DNA from: Candidatus Woesearchaeota archaeon | GTDB lineage: Archaea > Nanobdellota > Nanobdellia > Pacearchaeales > GW2011-AR1 | NCBI GenBank assembly: GCA_964372815.1 | Contig: CAYJSG010000002.1 | Location: 1-43,265, forward strand | DNA length: 43,265 nucleotides | Reading direction: 5' to 3' | Part shown: piece after piece, positions 18,158 to 25,114 of the stretch | How positions within the stretch are numbered: the first letter of the stretch is position 1 | Layout: each line of letters opens with the position of its first letter | Program-made: the position numbers and the translations under genes | Notes under the pieces: generated by a model | Seen by the model: the letters and a program-made list of their open reading frames with translations, nothing else | Told to the model about the DNA's origin: nothing | The model's database searches: none

Positions 18158-18817
18158 ATGTCTTTAATAAAAGAAATAAAAAGTTTTAGAAAAGGCCCTG
18201 AAAAATCAGGTTATGCATTGTATTATACTTATAGGCAAGTTTCCCCTTTCTTCTCTGCTCTATTTATTAAATTGAGATTTTCTCCCAATTTCATAACTTT
18301 TCTATCTATACTTTCAGATTTTTTAGTAGTTTATTTAATGTATTTACAAAACTGGATTTTAGCAGGAATTCTGGTTAATTTAGCAATGATTTTAGATTGT
18401 TCAGATGGTGAACTAGCAAGATATTACAAATCTAAGGAAAAAAGTCCAAAAGAAACACATTACGGTTCTTATTTAGATGAAGTTTTAGGAACAATTGGTT
18501 TTACATTAGTAGTATTTTTTGCAGGCTATTTTATGAATCAGCCGGCAATAGGATTATTTGCAATGTTTGGCTTATTCATGTTAATTGTAACTTCATTAAC
18601 AGCAGAAAAGGAATTTCCAAATAAGAAAGAAATTGCAAAGAAGTTTGAAGAATCTCTATTCGGAAATCTAAAAGGCAGAATAGGCTTTCCATGTGCAGCC
18701 CAGAGAATTCTAGTCAGTATAGCAGTTCTCTTTTCGAGCCATATTATTCTTCTAATCTTTGGTATTATCTGTCATCTCTTTTATCTTCTTAAGTTTTTAG
18801 TTTATAGAAAATATTAA
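18158..18817 (+). CDS. CDP-alcohol phosphatidyltransferase family membrane protein
   Basis: LDCSDGELAR (DxxDGxxAR) embedded in a multi-TM protein. The distal GxxxDxxxD part looks non-canonical (GSYLDEVLG). Confidence 0.75.
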   Translation: MSLIKEIKSFRKGPEKSGYALYYTYRQVSPFFSALFIKLRFSPNFITFLSILSDFLVVYLMYLQNWILAGILVNLAMILDCSDGELARYYKSKEKSPKETHYGSYLDEVLGTIGFTLVVFFAGYFMNQPAIGLFAMFGLFMLIVTSLTAEKEFPNKKEIAKKFEESLFGNLKGRIGFPCAAQRILVSIAVLFSSHIILLIFGIICHLFYLLKFLVYRKY

Positions 18818-18864
18818 TCTTGACTGATTTAATTACATACAAGAAATTACGCCCTATCCAGGAA

Positions 18865-19401
18865 CTAAGATGAAGATCCAAAAACTATTTTCCTTGTAAT
18901 ATCAATTAGGTCTCTGCATTTTTGAGTGAGGTCATTAATTTTTTCTTCATTCATAGATATTTTCACACTATAAGTATAATCTTCTCTCATCTCTATAACA
19001 CTCTCTTCTTTTTTCATTTCATCCTCTTGGTATTTAAAAATATCAATAAATTCTTGGTCAATGTTTGTTTTACCTTCTTCTTTAAGATACTCGATCAATA
19101 CAATAGTACATGTTTGATTTGCTGATTCATATCCAAATTTCACAGCAATTGCTAGAAAACAATGATACATTGAATAGAAAAATGCACTTGCAGACCAATC
19201 TGAAAATCCGGTTTTTACAAAATTAAGAGCGGCATCAAGATTATGTTCTGCTTTTACAATATGATTCTTTGCTTCATTTTTATCTGGACTTATTTTCAAA
19301 AGACCTCGATGTTTTGGTCTTTTTCCTTCTTTTTTACATTCCTCAATCTCTTTCTCTGCTTTCTTTAAACACCACGCAACATGCTTAGATGCTTGTGACA
19401 T
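18865..19401 (-). CDS. HEPN-domain protein (toxin partner of the MNT)
   Basis: Helical protein. The ATG at 19401 overlaps the MNT stop by 17 nt. KAEHNLDAALNF...FFYSMYHCFLAIAVKFGYES layout resembles HEPN. A canonical Rx4-6H motif is not evident. Confidence 0.6.
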   Translation of the reverse strand: MSQASKHVAWCLKKAEKEIEECKKEGKRPKHRGLLKISPDKNEAKNHIVKAEHNLDAALNFVKTGFSDWSASAFFYSMYHCFLAIAVKFGYESANQTCTIVLIEYLKEEGKTNIDQEFIDIFKYQEDEMKKEESVIEMREDYTYSVKISMNEEKINDLTQKCRDLIDITRKIVFGSSS

Positions 19402-19975
19402 TTTGTATAATCTCCACGTATTTATTTTGTCCATATAATATAAGGGCATTTTTAACAATATCTATAATAACCTTCTGTTTTTTCTGAAGATTTTTCGAGA
19501 GGTCTTGTGATGTAAGTTCTATAGAATGTATCTTTTTTGAAAGGAATTTTTGTCTTTCTTCTATTACTTTCACAACTTCCTTATATTCTTCTTTCTCCAT
19601 AACAATCATGATATCAATATCTCTCGCTTTTTCATAGTTTTTTATTATAGAACCATATAACATCACAATCCTTTCCCCCTTAAAGAGATCTTTGAATTCA
19701 TCTTTCCAACGTTTGAAGTCATTTGCTTCATCAACCAATAAAAAAGCAACGAGATTTCTTGCGTAATCGTCCTCTAAATTTAATTTATAGACTATTGATT
19801 TTCCTATTTTTCGGTCTTTTAAGATGCCTTTGTTAAAGAATTTCTTAAGTATTTTCATAGTTCCAATCCTGCTTATATTAAGAATCTTACTCAGTGAATT
19901 CGCATTGTAATAACTAGAAAAATCTTTAAACAAGATTAGCAATGCTTCTCTTTCATTTTCTGTTACAGTTGCCAT
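19385..19975 (-). CDS. wHTH-fused minimal nucleotidyltransferase (MNT antitoxin-type)
   Basis: N-terminal winged-helix-like segment (LSKILNISRIGTMKILKKF). NTase motif LYGSIIKNYEKARDIDIMIV (GS...DxD). Confidence 0.75.
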   Translation of the reverse strand: MATVTENEREALLILFKDFSSYYNANSLSKILNISRIGTMKILKKFFNKGILKDRKIGKSIVYKLNLEDDYARNLVAFLLVDEANDFKRWKDEFKDLFKGERIVMLYGSIIKNYEKARDIDIMIVMEKEEYKEVVKVIEERQKFLSKKIHSIELTSQDLSKNLQKKQKVIIDIVKNALILYGQNKYVEIIQNVTSI

Positions 19976-19995
19976 TTTCTTATGTAAACTAAAGA

Positions 19996-20026
19996 TTACT
20001 ATATAGTAACCTTTAATTACTATATA
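19996..20026. promoter_or_regulatory. Perfect 14-bp palindrome TTACTATATAGTAA plus a downstream half-site repeat, upstream of the MNT gene
   Basis: The palindrome at 19996-20009 is 21-34 nt upstream of the ATG at 19975. TTACTATATA is repeated at 20017-20026. The TATATA core could double as the TATA box. Confidence 0.4.
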
Positions 20027-20060
20027 AATCTTTCTCTTTTTAGATATCGTCTAATCTTCG

Positions 20061-20980
20061 TCAGATAACATTTTTAGCAATATGTCTAATTAATGCAAAC
20101 AATTTATTCCTTTCCAAATTCAATTTTATTCCTGCTTTTTCTGCTGGTGTTTTTCCTTTTAATCGTTGATGTGGATTTACAAAATTGTTAATGACGTGTT
20201 GTAGATTCATAAAATGCCTAGCATTGTCAAAACTATTGAATCCCCCCCCCTCATTGCATTCAATCTATCTTTTATTTTTCCATTATATCTTTCAATTGCA
20301 TTATTGTTATGCTTCAATCCAAATTTCTTGTATTTTATTGGAACTCCAAATTGCAGTTTAGAAACTCTGTAAAATAATTTTCTCCAAGCACTTTTATAAT
20401 TCTTAAATCCATCACAAACAAAGGTTATCAATTTTTTCTTTTTGCTATATTTTCTTATGTAATATTTTGCAAGTATCTGATTATAGCAAGTTTTTTTATC
20501 TGAGATAAAAATTCAATGCACTTCTCTTTTGTTCTTTTATCAACGAATAAATGAGCTAAGACATATTTTGTTCTGCTATCAATACAATTCAGGTCATAAC
20601 AATTTTTTCCATTAACTTTGACATATTTTTCATCAAGATGCAATCTTCCTTTTAACTTTGGCTGAACTTGCAAATGTATCGGATTTTAAAAAATTTGAAT
20701 ACTTTTTTGTCCATCTGTTTATTGTTTCCCTAGTTACTTTTATCCCTTCATGCTGCCATAAATGATATCGAACTTTGTAAAGAGAAAAGCCATCAATATG
20801 CTGATGAACAGCTTTAACAATAATTTCTTTTCTGAATTTCATTCTTTTAAATCCGTCATCTTCAACAAACCATTTCTTGCAATCGGCACATTGATACTTC
20901 TGTTTTTTATCATTGTTATTATTTCTAAAACCTTGTTTTAGAAGATTAGAACTTTTACAGTTAGGACATTTTATCTTCAT
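20061..20980 (-). pseudogene. IS6-type transposase with N-terminal Zn-finger, broken by three frameshifts
   Basis: CPNCKS...CADCKK, then HLDEKYVKVNG, ITFVCDGFKNY and NNAIERYNGKIKDR. After the C9 run the frame reads FNSFDNARHFMNLQHVINNFVNPHQRLKGKTPAEKAGI. Shifts occur near T6A4 (about 20685), A7 (about 20495) and C9 (20241-20249). Confidence 0.75.
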
Positions 20981-20986
20981 GTTTTT

Positions 20987-20993
20987 TACCTCC
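20987..20993 (-). promoter_or_regulatory. Strong Shine-Dalgarno (AGGAGGT) for the transposase
   Basis: Minus strand reads GAAAGGAGGTAAAAAACATG, with 6 nt spacing to the ATG at 20980. Confidence 0.6.
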
Positions 20994-21017
20994 TTTCAGA
21001 AAGATAAAACGTCTTTA

Positions 21018-21025
21018 ATATATAA
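21018..21025 (-). promoter_or_regulatory. TATA-like box inside the IS, upstream of the transposase
   Basis: Minus strand reads TTTATATA, 38-45 nt upstream of the ATG. This gives a short SD-containing leader, unlike host genes. Confidence 0.4.
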
Positions 21026-21033
21026 ATCTGACG

Positions 21034-21762
21034 TTAAATAGACAATATCTCAAATTTCAATTTAGGATAAACCTCACTCTTCGCCTTTTCATAATCTCTT
21101 AAAAAATCAATCTCAATCCAAGGCTCTTCATTAGCAAATTCAAAACCTATTTTATTTTCTTTGGATAATTCAATTAAAGGAACAATATAATAAGAATTAT
21201 CATATTCTTTTTTTCCAATAAATTTTCCGCTCTTTTCAATAAGTTTTCTTATTCCTTCTTTAGAGTATTTTGCAACACCGATAAAATTCCCATCTCCTTC
21301 TTCTACTTTAATATGGTTTCCTATATCAACAATACTATTATTTATAATTTTAACTCTAGCGCTATCTCGCAAAATCTCTCTATTATGAACTAATAAACAA
21401 AAATCCTCTTTACTTTTTACGCATTTCTCCAATAAACTCTTGCTGAATAAAACATCAGAATATAAAATAATAACATCATCATCTAATCTTTCTCTAATAC
21501 TATATAATGTATACAGGTTATTATATTTTTCATAATCAAAAAATTCCAGATAATCAGCCTTATCTCCCAAATGTTTTCTAATCAGCTCCTGCAAATATCC
21601 AACAATAACAACAACATTATTGACTCCACATTTTTCTAACATTTCAATTTGGAAATCAATTATAGCTTTCCCTTCTTCCAATTCAAGCAAACATTTAGGT
21701 TTATCTAAAGTTAAAGGATATAATCTAGAACTTTTACCAGCAGCAAGAATAACAGCCTTCAT
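21034..21762 (-). CDS. LicC/PntC-type nucleotidyltransferase (phospho(no)-alcohol cytidylyltransferase-like)
   Basis: MKAVILAAGKSSRLYPLTLDKPKCLL. 242 aa. ATGA overlap with the decarboxylase gene. Confidence 0.8.
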   Translation of the reverse strand: MKAVILAAGKSSRLYPLTLDKPKCLLELEEGKAIIDFQIEMLEKCGVNNVVVIVGYLQELIRKHLGDKADYLEFFDYEKYNNLYTLYSIRERLDDDVIILYSDVLFSKSLLEKCVKSKEDFCLLVHNREILRDSARVKIINNSIVDIGNHIKVEEGDGNFIGVAKYSKEGIRKLIEKSGKFIGKKEYDNSYYIVPLIELSKENKIGFEFANEEPWIEIDFLRDYEKAKSEVYPKLKFEILSI

Positions 21763-22886
21763 TTTTTTAAATTCTCCATAAACGCTTCTTTATTCTCCTT
21801 CGGGGTTGTTGTTGGTCTTCCCAGATCCTTTCTTGCTCCTTTATTAATTAAAATTTCTAATAAAGAAGGTCCTTCACTCTTCCTTAGAATCTCCAATTTT
21901 TCAGCAGTGTCATTCCTAGTTTCAGTTCTCCACGCATTTTTATATCCGCAGGATTTTGTTATTCCAACAAAATCTATATCAAATCCAACTGTTGGTTGTC
22001 CACCTACAGAATCATGTGAACCATTATTAAAAACAATATGCTTAAAATTATTGCATTTTCTAGCTCCTATTATTGCCAATCCACCCATATGCATTATCGC
22101 CGCACCATCACCATCAAAACAATAAACCTGCCTACCTTGTTTCACCAGCACAATTCCCAAAGCTATTTGCGAAGCATGCCCCATGCTCCCAACTGTTAAA
22201 AAATCCATTCCATGCCCTTGTCCTTTTTTTTCCCTATATTCAAATAATTCTCTTGAGATTTTTCCAGTAGTAGAAACAACAACATCTTCTTCATTTAAAG
22301 AATCAACAGCCAATTTAATAGCCTCTTCTCTGCTTAATCCATAATTTGTTTCTACTCTATTCTTTAATTCATAACGCTCAAAAGTTCCATTTCTAACAAC
22401 AAAAGCGCAGGGTATCTTATTAAATCTAGATCTTTTAACAGATTCTTCCAAAAGTAATCTGGCTTCCCTAATAGAATCAGGAAGTATAGAATAAGGAACA
22501 TTTAAAGTTTCAAGCAGACTTAGCGTTACTTTTCCCTGTTTTATATGTTGCGGCTCATCTTTAATTCCAGGCTCACCTCTCCAACCAATTAAAAGAATCA
22601 TTGGAATTCCATAAACCTCACTATCTGTCAAAGAAGTTAATGGATTAATTGCATTTCCTTCTCCAGAGTTTTGCATATAAACTAATCCTAATTTATCCCT
22701 AGCTAAATAATATCCCGTTGCAAGAGCAACAGCATTTCCTTCATTTGCGGCAATTACATGACGATTTTTAGGAGCATTATCCTCAATGTAAGCAGTAAAA
22801 TCGCTTAATAGTGAATCAGGCACGCCTGTAAAAAAATCAATTTCCTTTTCAATTAAAGCATTGTAAAATTCTTCACATTTTATCAT
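21759..22886 (-). CDS. aepY: Phosphonopyruvate decarboxylase (ThDP-dependent)
   Basis: N-terminus FFTGVPDSLLSDF. ThDP motif GDGAAIMHMGG...FNNGSHDSVGGQ. 375 aa. Directly downstream of the PEP mutase gene. Confidence 0.88.
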   Translation of the reverse strand: MIKCEEFYNALIEKEIDFFTGVPDSLLSDFTAYIEDNAPKNRHVIAANEGNAVALATGYYLARDKLGLVYMQNSGEGNAINPLTSLTDSEVYGIPMILLIGWRGEPGIKDEPQHIKQGKVTLSLLETLNVPYSILPDSIREARLLLEESVKRSRFNKIPCAFVVRNGTFERYELKNRVETNYGLSREEAIKLAVDSLNEEDVVVSTTGKISRELFEYREKKGQGHGMDFLTVGSMGHASQIALGIVLVKQGRQVYCFDGDGAAIMHMGGLAIIGARKCNNFKHIVFNNGSHDSVGGQPTVGFDIDFVGITKSCGYKNAWRTETRNDTAEKLEILRKSEGPSLLEILINKGARKDLGRPTTTPKENKEAFMENLKK

Positions 22887-24181
22887 TGTAATTCTCCCGG
22901 AACAAGCCTTAAAATTTCATTTATCGGCATACAATACTCATCAACATCGGCACAACGTGCATTTTTAAGTATTGTTATAGTAGTGTTTAACATTGCAGGA
23001 TAAGCACTTCTTAGTAAATGATTTGCATATATAACAATATTCACCCCATGATTTTCAAATTCTTTCTCATTTATATGCCCATAAGTAGAAGGCACTACTA
23101 CTAATGGCACTTTATTTTCAAATTTAGAATATTCATTACAAAACTCAATAATCTCTTTACCGTCTTTCTCTTTACTATGTATCATGATTCCATCTGCACC
23201 AGCATTAATATAGGCGAGTGCTCTTCCTAAAGCGTCTTCCAATCCCTTTTTTAATATTAAACTCTCTATTCTCGCTATAATCATAAAATCATCTGTAACT
23301 TGAGAATATTTTCCGGCTTTTATTTTCTCACAGAAATTACTAACACTATCCTGCTCTTGTTTCGCATTTTCCAACAAGGAATTTCTTTTCATACCTATTT
23401 TATCCTCTATTATTACAGCAGAAACGCCATGTCTTTCTAATTTTTTGACAGTAAAGACAAATTGTTCTATTAACCCCCCATTATCAGCATCAACTATTAA
23501 TGGTTTTGTTGTTACTTCTAAAATCTGGTCTATTGTTTGTATTCTAGATGTAACATCAACAGCCCCTATATCCGGCTTTCCCTTTGAAACTGAGTCAGTT
23601 AAGCTACTCTCCCACATTCCATCAAACTCTCTTATCTCTCCGTTTTCTTCAATTTTTGTTTTTTCAACTAGCAGCCCAGTTAAGCCATTATGAACCTCTA
23701 ATATTCTTATTAAAGGTTTTATCTTTAATAATTCCTTTAGTTTTCTTCTTCTCAAGTCAGGAGTTGTCCCCCTTCCTCTGATTTTATTTATCAATTCTGT
23801 AGCAGAGATTCCTTCAGTAAACCTTGGTTCAATAAGTTTACCATTCCATTTTTTCAATTCTTCAATTACTCTTTCCCTAACTTTAGATAAAAATCCACTC
23901 TTCCAATCGTCTCCATGTACAACATAATCAGGTTTCAATGTTTCAATATTCTCCAAGCAGCTATAACTATTTTGGGGAATTATTTTATAAATTCCTTTTA
24001 AATTCTCTAAAATTTTTTTTCTATGCTCATAAGACAATAAAGGCATTCTTCTATAACTTACAACAGCCCCATCAGTCAATAAACCAACAGTAACTTCTCC
24101 ATACTTTTCTGCCTCTTTCAATATATTTATATGCCCCGGATGCAAAAAATCAGCAGTCATCTCAACATAAACACTAGGCAT
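22883..24181 (-). CDS. aepX: Cytidylyltransferase-domain / phosphoenolpyruvate mutase fusion
   Basis: N-terminus VYVEMTADFLHPGHINILKEA (HxGH). C-terminus is PEP mutase/ICL fold with EVHNGLTG, DADNGG and EDKIGMKRNS. ATG at 24181 is preferred and overlaps the upstream stop by 8 nt. Confidence 0.88.
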   Translation of the reverse strand: MPSVYVEMTADFLHPGHINILKEAEKYGEVTVGLLTDGAVVSYRRMPLLSYEHRKKILENLKGIYKIIPQNSYSCLENIETLKPDYVVHGDDWKSGFLSKVRERVIEELKKWNGKLIEPRFTEGISATELINKIRGRGTTPDLRRRKLKELLKIKPLIRILEVHNGLTGLLVEKTKIEENGEIREFDGMWESSLTDSVSKGKPDIGAVDVTSRIQTIDQILEVTTKPLIVDADNGGLIEQFVFTVKKLERHGVSAVIIEDKIGMKRNSLLENAKQEQDSVSNFCEKIKAGKYSQVTDDFMIIARIESLILKKGLEDALGRALAYINAGADGIMIHSKEKDGKEIIEFCNEYSKFENKVPLVVVPSTYGHINEKEFENHGVNIVIYANHLLRSAYPAMLNTTITILKNARCADVDEYCMPINEILRLVPGELQ

Positions 24182-24518
24182 CTTTACTAACCACATCTCT
24201 GACAAATTTAGTTTTACACTCTTGTATAATCTCATGTAATCTAGATTTATCGACATTATGTTCAACTTTCAATGAAGAGGCTCTTCTTAAAGATGCTTCT
24301 CTAAAACATTCATTAAAATCTTCTAAAACAAAATATTTAACGTTTCTTTCATATAAATATCTTAAATTTTCAGGCACAATTTCTGTATAAGGTTCTCTCC
24401 CTATTTGAAATTGCCGATACAATATTCTTCCTTTTGGAGTTATAATATCAACTCTTTCAGGTGTTGTTATTACAGTATTCATCTCTCCTTCCAAAATATA
24501 TTCTATATTTTTCTCCAT
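24174..24518 (-). CDS. Hypothetical protein (114 aa) embedded in the phosphonate operon
   Basis: ORF abuts its upstream neighbour and overlaps its downstream one. I recognise no motif. Confidence 0.55.
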   Translation of the reverse strand: MEKNIEYILEGEMNTVITTPERVDIITPKGRILYRQFQIGREPYTEIVPENLRYLYERNVKYFVLEDFNECFREASLRRASSLKVEHNVDKSRLHEIIQECKTKFVRDVVSKDA

Positions 24519-25043
24519 TTATCTTTTTTTTATTTCCTTCTCTATATTTTTATCAGAAAGTTTCTGATAATAAGGAATTCTGACAATTTTCAATTTAATT
24601 TTTTTAATTAACCCCTCTCCAGGTATTTCTTTTTTATTATCTCCTCGGGCAATAATTACTTCAGAATTTTTAAATTGCTCTTTTATTATATTTAAATTAT
24701 CTTCAGGATTCAAACTATTCTGCGGAATAACCATATCAACACATCTTAATGCAGAAATAATAGCTTTTCTTTCAAAAAAATTTGCAACTGCCTTCTTATC
24801 ATATTCCTGCATTGCATTATCTGTCAAACCTCCACAAATATGGTAATCTCCGAGTTCATTTGCCTTTTCTAAAAACTGTAACTGCCCATAATGAAATAAA
24901 TCAGCAGCCACAGTACTATAAACTATTTTTCTTATCTTATCTTTTTCTATATTAACAATGTCACCTGCCTTTAAACCAGACCCTTTTGGAATTGTTACGC
25001 ATAATTGCCCATTCGATTTATTCTCCCAGACAACTTTTTTCAT
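24519..25043 (-). CDS. AbrB/SpoVT-like N-terminal domain fused to a TagD-like cytidylyltransferase fold with a degenerate HxGH motif
   Basis: NGQLCVTIPKGSGLKAGDIVNI is swapped-hairpin-like. KIVYSTVAADLFHYGQLQFLEKANELGDY...RCVDMVIPQ aligns to the TagD pattern GTFDLLHxGH, but reads AADLFHYGQ. ATG at 25043 is preferred. Confidence 0.65.
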   Translation of the reverse strand: MKKVVWENKSNGQLCVTIPKGSGLKAGDIVNIEKDKIRKIVYSTVAADLFHYGQLQFLEKANELGDYHICGGLTDNAMQEYDKKAVANFFERKAIISALRCVDMVIPQNSLNPEDNLNIIKEQFKNSEVIIARGDNKKEIPGEGLIKKIKLKIVRIPYYQKLSDKNIEKEIKKR

Positions 25044-25045
25044 AA

Positions 25046-25064
25046 CTACTAGTATCACTAGTAG
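25046..25064. promoter_or_regulatory. Palindrome CTACTAGT-nnn-ACTAGTAG between TATA box and operon start
   Basis: 8-bp arms with a 3-nt spacer. It ends 2 nt before the ATG at 25043 and lies directly downstream of the TATA-like box. Confidence 0.4.
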
Positions 25065-25078
25065 CTTTATAAATATTT
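25065..25078 (-). promoter_or_regulatory. TATA-like box of the phosphonate operon
   Basis: Minus strand reads AAATATTTATAAAG. The TTTATAAA core is 23-30 nt upstream of the ATG at 25043. Confidence 0.5.
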
Positions 25079-25114
25079 ATATTTTATAGAACAATGTTTT
25101 TAATCTTATCAGTT

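Larger units (their letters stand above)
20059..21032 (-). mobile_element. IS6-family-like insertion sequence (boundaries tentative)
   Basis: Contains a DDE transposase. It is flanked by only an 8-bp inverted repeat, cgtcagat (20059-20066) / atctgacg (21025-21032). No target duplication was seen. Confidence 0.6.

Noticed and set aside
2474-18817. Di-myo-inositol-phosphate-type pathway (IMPase + nucleotidyltransferase + CDP-alcohol phosphatidyltransferase)
   Set aside because: The components are dispersed over 16 kb in different transcription units. No inositol-1-phosphate synthase is present. The nucleotidyltransferases sit with GmhB and GHMP-kinase genes that point to sugar activation instead.
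20042-21040. Target-site duplication and longer terminal inverted repeats for the IS6-like element, including the direct motif agata..cgtct at 20042-20052 and 21001-21013
   Set aside because: The flanking 8-mers (ctaatctt / ttaaatag) do not match, and the inverted repeat degrades after 8 bp. The direct motif lies partly inside the element. The boundaries are therefore reported only as tentative.
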